A stretch of DNA of 64,000 bases from Perkinsela sp. CCAP 1560/9 (Eukaryota; Protista; Euglenozoa: Kinetoplastea): assembly GCA_965644495.1 (NCBI GenBank), contig CBFFSA010000014.1, positions 275,906-339,905 of the forward strand. Reading direction: 5' to 3'. Below, one piece after another: positions 1 to 11,715 of this stretch (position 1 is its first letter; every line of letters begins with the position of its first letter). The translations under genes were made by a program, and so were the position numbers. A model generated the notes under the pieces. That model was not told the origin of the DNA. It saw nothing but the letters and a program-made list of their open reading frames with translations, and made no database searches.

Positions 1-608
1 TTTTTCAAGATTGAGTATTTGGAGTCCGTACGGCAAGCGAGATAGGTCAATTTCCCCCGTAAGGTGGTTTGACTGCAACATTACGACTGTCAAGGAGTCA
101 GGAAGGTGGAGCCAGTCTGGGGCCCCGGAGAGCTCCCGCCCTGCCCACCATAGTTCTTTGATCGTTGCTCCTTTACAAATCACCCCAGCCCACTTGCTGA
201 ACTTGAAATCGGAACCACAATGAGTTCCCCACGAGCAATCCTGGTTGGTAATCCCTGCAACAAACCTAATAAGGTCGCCTTGTGGGGGAAGTAACGAGCG
301 GTGCACTTTTCCTGGACGGCGACGTTCTTCAGCACAGTTTCCCAATGGACACATGATTAGCTGTCGTCAAAAAATACGAAAAAAATCAAGATAATGACTA
401 GAAGGGAAAGGGGTTATCAGAAAAGGAAATCAAGAAACGTGTTGATTTGTTTGTTGTGTTCTTGGGCATTATACCACATCTACCTAGCACTTCTACACTA
501 CTTCTACGTACTTCTACACTACCACTTCTACTTGTGTCCGAAAAACAATTTAGTGTCCAATTTAGTAAAACAGTCTAGTATGGGGCACAATTGTGATTCA
601 ACGGAGGT

Positions 609-1889
609 CTATTCAGAATCGCGCCTTCTCTTGGACACCTTGGTTGAGCTCGTACAAAATTCAGGTATCTCCCCAGAGGCAAAAAGTCGTCGCGGTGGAG
701 TTGTGAGCGATAACTTTTGAGGGGGTGGGGTGAAGGGAATGACATTGGGATCTCGGTCCCCTAGAGGTGTTGAGCTGTTTGGGTTTCGTTTAGCAACACC
801 AAAGAAGTGCAGCACGTCCGTCGGGGGTAATGGCATTGGCAACCGTCGGGGTAGAAAAGGCTCCGAAAAAACAGAGTGCGAAAGACACTGTCCCGCCGTG
901 GGACGTTGAAATGGATCTAGGGATAATAATTCTTGTATAAAACGAAAGGTGTCCGGTCGAATGAAAGAGGAAATTTTATTATTCGGCGTAGAAGAAGCTT
1001 CAATCTTTGAGTCTCTCACACATAGTAGTTTCTCAAGTCCGTACCCAATTCCTTCCGATTCTCTGAATCTTATATCCCGACGAGGATACTGTAGACTTTT
1101 GGTAAATAGTGAAGGCCAAGTTTTGTTTGTAGGGTTTCCAAGAAGATTAAAAATCGACCTCAAACTGTGGAGTGACGAATCATGCGCAAAAAGAGGGTCT
1201 CCTTGGCGTAGAATTTCAACTAGCAAACATCCTATACCCCATATGTCAGCTGCATGGGGTACAACACACGCGTCAAAACCAAGAAATGATTCCGGAGGTT
1301 GATATCCACATGTTCCAATATCTCCATGCCTACACTTGCATTCCGATTGTGTTGATTCACTTTCAGGTTTGTAAACATTCTCCCATGAATGTGTCAGTTT
1401 TTGCGCTGTTCCAAAATCGCTAAGTTTTGCTATGCACCCTCGATTAGGGTCCGGTGAAAGTAACACATTTGAGGGTTTCACATCTCGATGAACAATTGAA
1501 TGTTTATGTAAGTGATGGACAGCTTCTAGTACGTCGTGGATATACGCCAATGCGTCCTTTTCCGTTAGCGCTGAAACCCCATAGGGGCTATCCATCCGTC
1601 GCACACAGTGTAAGTACTGTTTCAAATGGGTTGGGATGTATTCCAACACTAAGTAGACAGCAGTTTCAGTAATAATGGCATCTTTAACGCCGACCACATT
1701 GGGGTGCGATTTCAAGGACTGTAACAACTTTGCTTCGCTCTTTGCCCTTTCATACGCTGATTTTGGACAGCAGTACGTTTTTTTAATCGCAACGTATTCA
1801 TGGGGGCTTCGATACAATTGAACCACCCCGTGGCCTCCGCGACCAAGTATAATGTTACAATTTTCATATGCATCCATCGCTCGCAACAA
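609..1889 (-). CDS. Ser/Thr protein kinase, CMGC/CDK-like
   Basis: LGRGGHGVV Gly loop, VAIKK, HRDVKPSN, DFG, GTCGYQPPE, DIWGIGC, LLGNPT..TWP and LDPFQRPTA motifs. Confidence 0.93.
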   Translation of the reverse strand: MLRAMDAYENCNIILGRGGHGVVQLYRSPHEYVAIKKTYCCPKSAYERAKSEAKLLQSLKSHPNVVGVKDAIITETAVYLVLEYIPTHLKQYLHCVRRMDSPYGVSALTEKDALAYIHDVLEAVHHLHKHSIVHRDVKPSNVLLSPDPNRGCIAKLSDFGTAQKLTHSWENVYKPESESTQSECKCRHGDIGTCGYQPPESFLGFDACVVPHAADIWGIGCLLVEILRQGDPLFAHDSSLHSLRSIFNLLGNPTNKTWPSLFTKSLQYPRRDIRFRESEGIGYGLEKLLCVRDSKIEASSTPNNKISSFIRPDTFRFIQELLSLDPFQRPTAGQCLSHSVFSEPFLPRRLPMPLPPTDVLHFFGVAKRNPNSSTPLGDRDPNVIPFTPPPQKLSLTTPPRRLFASGEIPEFCTSSTKVSKRRRDSE

Positions 1890-2402
1890 AATTGAGACTC
1901 TAGCAGGTCGAGTACAGGGATCAGTGACGTATCCTGCAGTCTTTATAAAGTTTCATAAGGTTCATCCCCAGTTAATACGTATAATATAGTGTAAATAGTA
2001 TTATGATGAGTAAACTTCTCTAACAATACACGAAGATACCATTACGGAAAAGGAAAACGTTAAAATTGTAAGCAAGACAAGAACATAAAGATAAAAAACT
2101 CTAGTGCTGCGAGAAGTCTTAATGAGATGAAACCTCCGTTTCGATCTTTTAAGTCATTGTTTCAAAAAGAACGAAGCAGGAGGGACAGCTACATGCTGTA
2201 TTGGGCTTTACCTAAGTACTAGACCTGTCTAACGTTGGCTAATCCCTTTTTTGACCCAGTATTTCAGATACAACTTGTACATGTCACGTTCAGTACTTTC
2301 TTTAGGTAAACGGACGAGATCTGTGAGCTCTTCTCTGGGAACTCGAAGGTAAATAATGCACTACCTCACAAGAGAATATCCCGTACAGAAAAGTCTGAAA
2401 AT

Positions 2403-3014
2403 TCAAACAAGTGATTTGAAAAGAAAACTTAAATGTGGTGCTGAAAAATAGCGCGTCTGCTCCTGTGACTTCTGCGCTTGAGGATTAATACATACCAATT
2501 TCTTTACGTAGGGTTCTAGATAATCCAAAACAGAGAGATCCGAGTCAATGTAAAGCGAAGGAGTAAGGTGACGCATCATCGCCTGTTTTCCCACATCGGT
2601 TTTATAACACAATATATTTTTTCTGGGTGTAGCTCCTTTAAGCGTGGTCATCCACTTGTCCTCAACATTTCCACGTTCTTCTTCCGAGGAGACACGTACT
2701 AAAAGTATGCAATTGCAGTGTGAAGATAGATACTGTAGAGCTTTCTGAGAAGCTTCATCCGGGATATTGTTGTCAAAGATTAAGCAACTCACTGCGACAG
2801 TTTCTCCGAAATAATCTTTTGGATCCCACACGCTTTTTGATTTAGTGTTCAAACGTGTCCGAGAAATTTTCTTGGGGAAGCCTGGCACTCGGAATCCATT
2901 TGCATTACACGCATATTTGCAGAGGTACGAACAAGTGACGGCGACACACAGGGCAAAAAACATCCCTGTGTGTGTGAATAAATTTGCGATCACATTAAAA
3001 AAAGACGTGTACAT
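2403..3014 (-). CDS. PEX22: PEX22-like peroxin (glycosome/peroxisome membrane anchor)
   Basis: N-terminal hydrophobic helix; C-terminal KNILCYKTDVGKQAMMRHLTPSLYIDSD resembles the plant-type PEX22 pattern vLFCST..GR..fvRQLeP..HID. Confidence 0.6.
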   Translation of the reverse strand: MYTSFFNVIANLFTHTGMFFALCVAVTCSYLCKYACNANGFRVPGFPKKISRTRLNTKSKSVWDPKDYFGETVAVSCLIFDNNIPDEASQKALQYLSSHCNCILLVRVSSEEERGNVEDKWMTTLKGATPRKNILCYKTDVGKQAMMRHLTPSLYIDSDLSVLDYLEPYVKKLVCINPQAQKSQEQTRYFSAPHLSFLFKSLV

Positions 3015-3326
3015 GGCAAATTTACAAATACAAAGTATAAAGGATTTAATAATGTCTGAACCAGAAAGCTAAAGTGTGAAAGCCAGAACGATAATAGTAG
3101 GGGGTCTTCCAAGGAAAATAACATTTGTTAAAAAGCCCGTCACACGCACGTTCTCCCCTTTTATGATCTTTCAAAAACGAGACATAAGATTAGATACAAA
3201 TTTCGAACAAAATAAAAGACAGATCCTGTTGTGCTGCAGTTCGTTACGAATCGTAGCACACGCTACCCCTACACGCTACCCCTTTCGAGGAGAACAACGG
3301 GGTCGCTAAAAAACCGAAACCCCTCC

Positions 3327-4301
3327 TCACAACCCTTTATTAAAATACAACTTATCCACAGGCGTCCCATCCCGCATCCGTGCCCCATGAAACCGCGACT
3401 CCAACACCCCCGGCACCACGCTCGCCCGTTGCGGAAACAACCCCAACGCACACGGAACCCCGACCAAAATCCCCACCGTCATCAACCCCAGCTCCGTCAC
3501 CGCACGGTTCCTTTTCACCACCCCCACCCTTGCCAACGGCACCATCGCCAGCAACGGCAGCGTCATAATCGGCACATTCCACGCCAGCCGCGTCACACAG
3601 CACTGGGCGATCCCCTGTCGTCCCGCCACCCTACTCCTCCCGTGCTCCCCCCCCTCGCTGTCCACCACCCCCACGCCCTCATCCCACCACTCCAGCCGTC
3701 GCATCAGCGCGACGTTCGCCATCCCGGCCAGAGAGACGGCCAGCATGGGGAGCGTGGCACGGACGGCGGTGGCGCGTAGGGACCCGCGGGGGAGTTGGTT
3801 CATCGCAGCTGTCGTGGCATAGGCAATGGAGAGCGAGAGGGCGCAGGCCGCGACGTAGGTCTGGGCCACGGTGGCTAGGGGGACGGGGCTGGAGGCGTTA
3901 CGGTGGGCCAGGTTCAGGGCGGCGTTGTAGGTTTGGTTGATCCAGTGGACAAGGAGGGAGCGGGGGGCGGAGGTGACGGTGGCGGGGTGGAGCATGATGG
4001 CACAGCCCAGGATGTTGAGAGGGATGAAACCGCTGAAACGGAGGAGGGGGGGGATGAGGTCTCCGGTGTCGGGGTGGGTGCAGAGACGGAGGGTGCGTTG
4101 GGCGTCCCAGAGGGAGGGGGGGGAGGGGTGGGTGTGGGGGAGGTCGTGGACGACGTGGCGGGCGGTGTCGACGTCGGAGGGGGTGAGGAGCAGGGCTCGG
4201 GGGTCGAGCATGTCGGAGAAGTAGTGGACGCGACCGAGGTAGGTGTCCATGGGGTACGGGGGGTCGCCGGTACCGGAAGGGGAGGGGTAGGCGCTAGGCA
4301 T
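3327..4301 (-). CDS. SFXN: Sideroflexin (mitochondrial amino-acid/tricarboxylate carrier)
   Basis: TYLGRV..F, HPDTG.LIP...RFSGF, WINQTYNA..N..HRNAS, ALGLFPQ and terminal YFNKGL. Confidence 0.93.
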   Translation of the reverse strand: MPSAYPSPSGTGDPPYPMDTYLGRVHYFSDMLDPRALLLTPSDVDTARHVVHDLPHTHPSPPSLWDAQRTLRLCTHPDTGDLIPPLLRFSGFIPLNILGCAIMLHPATVTSAPRSLLVHWINQTYNAALNLAHRNASSPVPLATVAQTYVAACALSLSIAYATTAAMNQLPRGSLRATAVRATLPMLAVSLAGMANVALMRRLEWWDEGVGVVDSEGGEHGRSRVAGRQGIAQCCVTRLAWNVPIMTLPLLAMVPLARVGVVKRNRAVTELGLMTVGILVGVPCALGLFPQRASVVPGVLESRFHGARMRDGTPVDKLYFNKGL

Positions 4302-4594
4302 GGGGTGAACGAGGGGGAAACTACAGGAGTGTCTTTGTGGTACGATTACGAGTTATACCAAAAATAGAGCTAGACATTAAGAAAAAGATACACAAGGAGC
4401 TGAAAAGCTGAAGAGACAATAAAGATGGATGAAAGTTTTTTTCGAATGAGAATAGCGCAGTTCAAGTGCCCATTGAGCAAGCGGGTAAAACAGTATCTTA
4501 AGTAGGACGTTCAAACCGACAACTCGGTTGTGCTACTAGGATACTTACGTTTTCGATTGTTTAACGTTTATCGTCGTAGAAACAGGATTGTGTG

Positions 4595-4972
4595 TTAGTC
4601 TTTGCCAAGAATACGATTTACTTTTTCTAAAATGGGATCTGTAGAAAGTTTATAGCCCATGTCTTTCGATGGTATTTCCAGTACAGAAGGAAGAAGTTGG
4701 TCTGCGTATCTGTTCATTACCTCTCGGATAGATTCTGCGATATGTTGGTTCAAAAAAAGGACACCAATATCCTTGCGGCGCATCAGTCGTTCGAAGGCGT
4801 CGATGATATTTTCCAAAGGCGTAGTCGGCTTGATTACCATGATATTACTATGCTCAGAGTTCGTCTCAACTCCATGTTCTGCAATACCAATAAGCAAGAA
4901 ACTTGAAACAGTGTCTTCGTCTCCAATTAGCCCAATTAGATTCCTCTGCCCTTTGCCGCGAAAAGCAGACAT
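4595..4972 (-). CDS. ATP6V1F: V-type ATPase subunit F
   Basis: LIGLIGDEDTV..FLL.GI, RKDIG, NQHIAE.IR, PSVLEIPSKD..Y....DPIL. Confidence 0.95.
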   Translation of the reverse strand: MSAFRGKGQRNLIGLIGDEDTVSSFLLIGIAEHGVETNSEHSNIMVIKPTTPLENIIDAFERLMRRKDIGVLFLNQHIAESIREVMNRYADQLLPSVLEIPSKDMGYKLSTDPILEKVNRILGKD

Positions 4973-5174
4973 AGAAAAGTATCAAATAGGTTAGCACGAT
5001 TCCATTCAAATACCAGATTTTGCTATACACAATTATTAGACTATAGGCGCGCTATAGGAGTACTTTGAGAATGGATTGACTTGAGAGAGATAATTGCGGT
5101 GGTTGTATAACTACCGCTCTACCCTCGATTATTGCAAAAAGTGAATAAAAACAGTGAAAATATAAATATAACAG

Positions 5175-5730
5175 TAATATAATAGAAGAAAAAAATATAA
5201 AAAGGGGCTCCGGTGGTCCAAAATTGAAAAAAAAATTAAAAAAAATGGGAGGTCCATGGGGGGGAGGTGTCCAGAGGGGGTCCAGGGGGGGGCACACCCC
5301 ACGATTTTTTTTTGAAAAAAATATTTTTCGAAACAAACCAGAAGGGGTAGCCGAGGTCTTGGTGCGCATTTTCCACCCCCCCCTACCCCGGGGTGATCCC
5401 TCTGCGTATCCGCAGGACGGTTCCGACAAGTTCGGAGTTTTTTTAAATATTCAAATTGGCGAAAAAAATCGTAATATTTTTGTTCTCCAAAATCGTGTCC
5501 CCTATTGTATTTAGAGAGTTTGAGACTTATACTAGCTTTCTGCGCCGTCGCTTTCGCAAGATACACTTGCGACCACTTCTTTCGTACCACTTCTTGAAGC
5601 CGAATCTTGGCCGAATTTTCTTTTTTATACTCTTCGTTAAATGCGGTGGTAGTTTTCAACGCGAAGCGCGCACGAGTGACTTCTAAGTTGAAAACAACCA
5701 CCGTGTTTAACGAAGAGCCTAATATTTTTT
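5175..5730. repeat. Dispersed transposon-derived repeat
   Basis: 5175-5470 matches 43300-43690 (GGGGCTCCGGTGGTCCAAAA...GCGTATCCGCAGGACGG); 5633-5715 is a long hairpin also seen at 52078-52161 and partly at 14940-14985. Confidence 0.8.
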
Positions 5731-5764
5731 TATAGAGAGAGAGATAACATTTGTTAGAGAGTAA

Positions 5765-6889
5765 TTAGGAATTATGCGTCGTTGTATGGTCTGTCTGTAA
5801 AGCATTAAAAAGCACCCCCATCGCTTCTATATGCTCATTTTTATGTGATGCCAACTTGATGGTCGCAGCGATGTTTTCTCTTGTAAGCCTATCTAATAAG
5901 ACAACTGCATGCTCCTGAAGAACTATTCCTAGTGATGTGCTCATCCGAAGCTGTTTTCGGTTGTTTTCTAGGCTTGTACACTGGGTAGTAACAAGCGGAA
6001 TGTTCGTGCTATAGGGGAAACTCACGGAAGAAAGGAGGGTAGGGATCAAACTCAAGTCCCATCGATTGAGAGTTTCATACGGATTGTAGGCGAGACTCAT
6101 CAAGGTGCTTAATATCGCAGAAACACCGGTCATGCTTTGGACAAAAGCACATGCGCACATAGTCCCACGATGTTCTCTTTCAGTTAGATAACTAAAAGAC
6201 GTTTGTGAATTGAAGTTCTCCATTGTTTCTTTGTCACGTGTTTGAGTTTCACTATTTCTTTGCGCGTAAATTATTTCCTTAATTACTTTGGCTAGACTTT
6301 TACAACTTGGGTCGAAACTCATGCGCAACATCTTATGCGTAGGTTCCACCCAAAGAGCAAACGTCTTCCACGTAGGATGATTATGAAGCACTAATGAGAA
6401 AGGAGCGACGGAGCACTTTGATGACTCACTTGTGGTATTCTTAAGAAAGTGACACACCGCGTTGCATAGTTTACAAAACTGATCCATCCACTGATGCCGC
6501 TGAACCATTCTCGGCTGTATAACACCGGGTCGTGTCATTCCCTCTCCCTGAGTAAGACTGAATACCTTATCCGGTGAAACATGTTGCTGTGTAGGAGTGG
6601 AAAAATAATCGTCAAAAAGGGTAATCCCACCTACAGCGTACAATGGGTATTGATTTAGCAAAACTCGAACTGCTTTATCTGTGGTTACCGTGCTGTCGTA
6701 GGTCAACCAAAGAGAGGATAAAAGAGGCATTTTTGAAAAGAATTCTTTATGCTCAGAATTTTCCTCTGACTTGGAATCCACGATTGCCTTCTCATGTGGC
6801 TGATACAGGGAACTTATGTTGTGTGTAACAATGTTGGGATCAAAAGGATCTGGCGAAGGCAGATACTCAGAAGACGAAGTGAGAACCAT
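5765..6889 (-). CDS. Hypothetical protein
   Basis: 374-aa ORF co-oriented with the gene cluster, normal composition; no motif recognised. Confidence 0.7.
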   Translation of the reverse strand: MVLTSSSEYLPSPDPFDPNIVTHNISSLYQPHEKAIVDSKSEENSEHKEFFSKMPLLSSLWLTYDSTVTTDKAVRVLLNQYPLYAVGGITLFDDYFSTPTQQHVSPDKVFSLTQGEGMTRPGVIQPRMVQRHQWMDQFCKLCNAVCHFLKNTTSESSKCSVAPFSLVLHNHPTWKTFALWVEPTHKMLRMSFDPSCKSLAKVIKEIIYAQRNSETQTRDKETMENFNSQTSFSYLTEREHRGTMCACAFVQSMTGVSAILSTLMSLAYNPYETLNRWDLSLIPTLLSSVSFPYSTNIPLVTTQCTSLENNRKQLRMSTSLGIVLQEHAVVLLDRLTRENIAATIKLASHKNEHIEAMGVLFNALQTDHTTTHNS

Positions 6890-7275
6890 AGCAAAAACTT
6901 CGAAGAACTTTATTAAAATAAGAGCCTCGTAATGTGTGATGACTGAACAGTTGTAGTTCTTTTTCTCTAACTATTGTCAAAAACGATCTCGTTTCTCCCG
7001 TAAGAGTATGAAAAACAACCGTCTGATAAAAGACAAAGCGAGAATTGGGTATCTTGACAGACTTCTAGTGAGGTAATATTCAGAATACAGTTGACAGGAT
7101 TCCTCCAATTTTTTGTTTTGTAGGAATTGCGCGTTGTCTATGTACATGTGTATAAGGCATACTTGTAAAATAACATTCACATGATTTTATGATCATGACC
7201 ACGTTGCGCCTCTGTAATGTTCAATATGTTTCTGTATTTTTTAAATATGCTCAGTAGAGTTTAGGAGTCCTGGCT

Positions 7276-8330
7276 TCATTGCCACATATGTACAGAATCA
7301 ATATGTACATTTGGTGGTATTTGCTGCGGAATGGTACTTCTAATAGGATTTCCGATAAGCCCAAGCTCAGTCTCGGGTGACATAAGGGAAAAATCAACGC
7401 CACTAAATTTATTATAATCCAGTGAGAGGGTAACAAGAGAGGGAAGGATTTTATTTAACTGAAGGTCTCCTTTGAAAGAATTGGAGCTCAGATTAAGCTC
7501 GCTCAATTGGCCAGACTGAGTGTCCCAGAGAATTTATTTCCATTGAGAAGCAACGCTTCTAGCCCGTGGGGAAGCTTTCCGAGGTTCAGTTCTCCGCTAA
7601 GCTGTGTACTGCTAATCACAAGAACACGAAGCCCTTGTGGCAATAAATCAATTTCCAAGTCCCCTGTAAACAAATTGGCACTGAGGTTGAGATATCGTAA
7701 AGAGGAGGGTAGCTTGTGCAACACCAAATGACCCGACAACTTGTTGTGCTCAAGCGAGAGTCCTGAGAGTCCTGGAGGGAGATGGAGCAAATCTACAGGC
7801 CCACTGAGTTTGTTGTGGTTAAGATGTATTTCGTCCAATCCTTGTGGCAACTCTCCTAATCCCACGGGGCCTTGAAATCCATCATATTGTAGGTTGACAG
7901 TGCGTAGACTGTGTGGTAATGAGTCCAGAATAAGCTCACCAGTACATTCCTCACTGCACAGATACAACATAATGAGCTCCCCCGGTAGTGCGTGAAGTGA
8001 GGCATTGCCATGAAAGCCGTTGGAGCCCACGTGGAGGATTTGCGTAGTGGGGGGAAAACAATCCCACGCGAGATAGCCTCCAAGGTTCTGATGCGACCAG
8101 TGCACCCTTCGCACCACGCCTTGCTCATCACATCCCACTCCAAACCAACGGCAGGCAGGAGTCGAGTGCGTCCAACTTTCATGGGGAGTGTGTACGTGTT
8201 GAATCACACGGAGAAGAGAGAGCTCGGCGGAGAGCATTGCCCCGCGCACTTTTTGTGGTTTTCGTGTAGGGCTGGGGGTATCCCTTGCAAAACACAATCC
8301 CGAAGAAGGAAAACAAAAGCTTGCTGACAT
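7276..8330 (-). pseudogene. LRR protein with LRRNT cap, frameshifted near the 3' end
   Basis: W...TPACRWFGVGCD cap and LPxxLxxLxLxxNxLSG repeats; 7503-8330 stops at LSLAN* and repeats resume in another frame (LSELNLSSNSFKG), about 4 residues short of a repeat; could be an assembly error. Confidence 0.75.
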
Positions 8331-9267
8331 GAACCGATACTAAAATTACCAAAACAAAACAAAATTACACAATAGAGTAACAGAATTCAGAAAATGTATT
8401 AAAAATTTACCTTAATGTAGCGTAGAAAAAGACGAAAAAAAGATCCCGGCTTATTGTGCTGGGTCCTCAAAAAATAGTGCTAAAAATTGTCCAATTTTCG
8501 CAATAAAGATGGTCTGAGAAAGGCTTAAAAAGTACCCCTTTCCATTTTCGAAGGGACAACTCTGACTTCTATGTCGGGTGGGGATCATGTATGTCTTGTA
8601 TGAGCTTCGCAAACTCGGCCTCTACGGGCAGTGACATTCCGCGTATTTTTCCAAGACGCGTTTTGGGATGGGCTTCTTCGGATGCTATAACACAGAGCAT
8701 CAGCAAAAGTTTTAGGAAAAGTATAGGTCGTCGTGGAACGCATAACATTTTTCAGATGATTTTTTACATTTTCCACTCATCTACTCGCTTCATGCATAAA
8801 TGTATTGTGCGTGTGTTTCCTTCTTGGTTATATTCCTTCTTGGTGTATTTTGATGAGTGTTTCACCATTTCCATGGTAGTAAATTCCCATTTAAAGTTTA
8901 GACATAAGATTCGTCAGAAATTTTAGGATAGCACCAAAAAAAGAACTTTAGGATAGTATCAAAGCGTTCGGCAACACGTCAACGAATGGATTTAAAGTCC
9001 ATTCAAAGTCACTTTAGAGAAGAGGAGTACAAGCCGATCTTTCTCTTGGCAACATGTTTTTGCAATAAAGTAATCGGTGTGGTGAGTGTTCAGAAAGACA
9101 TTGTTCGTTCTAAACTTCCTTTAAAAGCCCTAGCGTAGTTGCGAAGGACCTACACCTGTTTGTTGTCCAAACACTCACCAAATTTTAGTGAGTGTTTGTC
9201 AAACATTCTCTCAAGTTTGTCTGAAAAACGACGCATCGGAATATAATATGCACTTTATGCCGGCGGC

Positions 9268-11307
9268 TTAAATCAGAAACGGCTTCACAATGCTGCCATC
9301 ATGGCTAAAAAACATTGTTGAAACTGTAGGCAAAGTTGAAACTGACCCTTTTAACAGCGAAGTGTCTGAATCTTCGTCAAGACTTCCGGGTGATAATGAA
9401 GAAAACGGCTTCTTCGGGTCTTTGTTTATCGCCTCAGAAATGTGATGCGTCCAATTCGGAAGACACGTGGGCCAACTGTAACTGGGTAGTTGGTCACGTA
9501 TTATGTTATGTCGGTCCCATTTTTCTGTATTCCCTACTTCGCGATGAGGAAAAATATGCTGATATGCCGTCGAATCGGCAGGAGGACATTCTTTCCAAAC
9601 GGAAAATTCCTTTTCAAATTTGAGCAAAAGGTATTCACCAGGACCATTTTTCCGCGCGTAGTTTATCGTTTGTTCAAGAACATACGCAAGTGATGCAAAA
9701 GATTTCTCTATTAAATCGCGCTTAACATCGTCTTCCATGTTGCCAGTGTTGTGGGGAAGTCGGACTATGTTATCTGAATTGGATTCACAATAAAATGTCT
9801 CTACATGCAAAATACTAGACGTATATGCATTTACTCGAACGCAATGAGTTTGAGGATAAAAGGGAATGACTGTGTGCAATCGAATACGTTCTGCCAGCGA
9901 CAATATTTCGAATTGAAAACCTGTTGGATCATCCGGAATTTGATTGTACATTTTGTTGTGGTATTCCATCTTCACCAAGAGGTATTCGAAATATACAACT
10001 TGGCGCACCAATAATTTCACAGGACCGACTTGCACAACACGATACACGAATTCTCCGCTCGAATCATCCACCTGTCGAAGCCCTTCTGCTCGAATAGCGT
10101 TTCGAAAAAATATACGATTTTTATTCCGCGCAGAGCATGCGACTCTTGAAAGCGGCTTGCCCAAATAAAGAACCCCATCACGAGACACATGCGTGGGTAC
10201 CCGCGCTCGGCTCGTCTCCACATCCGCCACCAGGTCACACAGCAGCGTGAGAAGCGTACCGAGTGATAGCACGACGTGACAACCCAACGCTTTGGCTTGC
10301 TCCCAACACTTCGGGTCCTTACTCACGGGAGGTCGGGTGAGTGGCTTGCGAAAACATTTCTTGGTCTTCGGCTTTTGATTTTCTTTAATTTCTGTGTTAT
10401 TCCCATCCGTGGCGACGCTCTCGTGGTTGTACCGAAGACAAGGAGTAATCCCACTGGGGGAGAGGTTCACGTGCTGTCGTGGAGGTCCATGCAGGAAGGG
10501 GTTGAGTGTAATATCCATTTGATGAGGCGGTACGGTCTGAGGGAGTTGCAGAGGCTTTACGTGGGGAAGTGAAGCGTAGATCTGATGGGTAGTGGGGCCA
10601 AGCAGCTCCCCGTGTAACGGTGGCAATTTCTTCCAAATCTCCGGGCTGACCTCAAGGTTCGCTTTGGTGGCGCGGTTGTAATGGGTAGGATATTGCGAAA
10701 GTCGTTGTTTTCGGACTTCCATAAGGTTATCGATGGCGCTAATTACATGCGGAAAGACACCCAAACAGGTTTGACAAACATGCTCTTTAATTTTATGCTC
10801 ACACATACGGCAACGCCGGAAAGAACGCTTTTGCTCTTCAAAGTATTTGGGGTGCGTTCCATGTATCGTTTTCTTATCGGATGGCTCATTTGCAGCTGTA
10901 CTCAATGATCTCTTCCTGGCGTGTGTATCGGCAGGTGTCATTTTTCTGCTTTCTGTTTCAGTGTGTAGTGCATCATTCGGGAGCAATTTGCGAAGTATTT
11001 CAACCGTATGTTTGGGAATTTCGGAAGTAATCTCGCGTGGAGGAGGAAATGATGCATAATCTTGCCATGAAATAAGAACCTTTTTTGCCGCCCGGGAAGC
11101 TTCATGTCCCGGAAGTTGAGTTCCAAAATGAACATGATCGCTCCGATTTAATTGCGAAGGGCCTGGTGGGAGTGCACGAGGAACTTTTGTCGGCAACGAC
11201 CATTCCTTCCACAAACTTTCAACGGGGGGAGAACTTGAGTTCATGTTGTCGTCGGCATTCTCTTCCGTATCACTCATGGAGTACGTATGTGTGAGTCTAG
11301 AAATCAA
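9268..11307 (-). CDS. Hypothetical protein with NARG2/ICE2 C-terminal-like domain and a CxxC..CxxC motif
   Basis: YLGKPL....ARNKNRIFF, VKLLVRQ, LVKMEY...FEILS, VRVNAYTSSIL resemble the NARG2_C pattern; ORF itself is secure, family call is tentative. Confidence 0.6.
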   Translation of the reverse strand: MISRLTHTYSMSDTEENADDNMNSSSPPVESLWKEWSLPTKVPRALPPGPSQLNRSDHVHFGTQLPGHEASRAAKKVLISWQDYASFPPPREITSEIPKHTVEILRKLLPNDALHTETESRKMTPADTHARKRSLSTAANEPSDKKTIHGTHPKYFEEQKRSFRRCRMCEHKIKEHVCQTCLGVFPHVISAIDNLMEVRKQRLSQYPTHYNRATKANLEVSPEIWKKLPPLHGELLGPTTHQIYASLPHVKPLQLPQTVPPHQMDITLNPFLHGPPRQHVNLSPSGITPCLRYNHESVATDGNNTEIKENQKPKTKKCFRKPLTRPPVSKDPKCWEQAKALGCHVVLSLGTLLTLLCDLVADVETSRARVPTHVSRDGVLYLGKPLSRVACSARNKNRIFFRNAIRAEGLRQVDDSSGEFVYRVVQVGPVKLLVRQVVYFEYLLVKMEYHNKMYNQIPDDPTGFQFEILSLAERIRLHTVIPFYPQTHCVRVNAYTSSILHVETFYCESNSDNIVRLPHNTGNMEDDVKRDLIEKSFASLAYVLEQTINYARKNGPGEYLLLKFEKEFSVWKECPPADSTAYQHIFPHREVGNTEKWDRHNIIRDQLPSYSWPTCLPNWTHHISEAINKDPKKPFSSLSPGSLDEDSDTSLLKGSVSTLPTVSTMFFSHDGSIVKPFLI

Positions 11308-11715
11308 ACCTTTAAATACAAAGAGATGGTCTCCTCAACTCAGAGTTCACTGTTTTAGTTTGGGATAAAACAATTTACTACATTTACAAAATAAAATGTA
11401 TTAATACGCACGGAGATGAAATCTGACAGTGCATCAAAGCACATACCCCGCACATTCATTTTCTATATGTATTTATACACTTTGTGCATCCATTTTAAAT
11501 AATGGCCGGCTGGAAATATTGAGTCTTGATCACTGACTATCCGCTAAATGCGACACTTGTTTTTACAATGAAGGCAACCTCTCTGTGCCTTGCAGATTGG
11601 AAGCCGTTGTGCTTCTATATTGAAGAGTCCTTCTACCATTTAAGAGTGGTTGCATAAAGGTCTCTGAGAACAGAAAAAATTATAGCTTAGCACTCTGCGA
11701 ACCAGAATTCTTTCT

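Noticed and set aside
3231-4367. Long overlapping plus-strand ORFs in the GC islands (also 12936-13466, 23575-24557, 36370-38061)
   Set aside because: Shadow frames caused by stop-codon depletion opposite recognisable genes
5052-5701. ORFs of 125-190 aa
   Set aside because: Lie within a dispersed homopolymer-rich repeat; no protein-like signal
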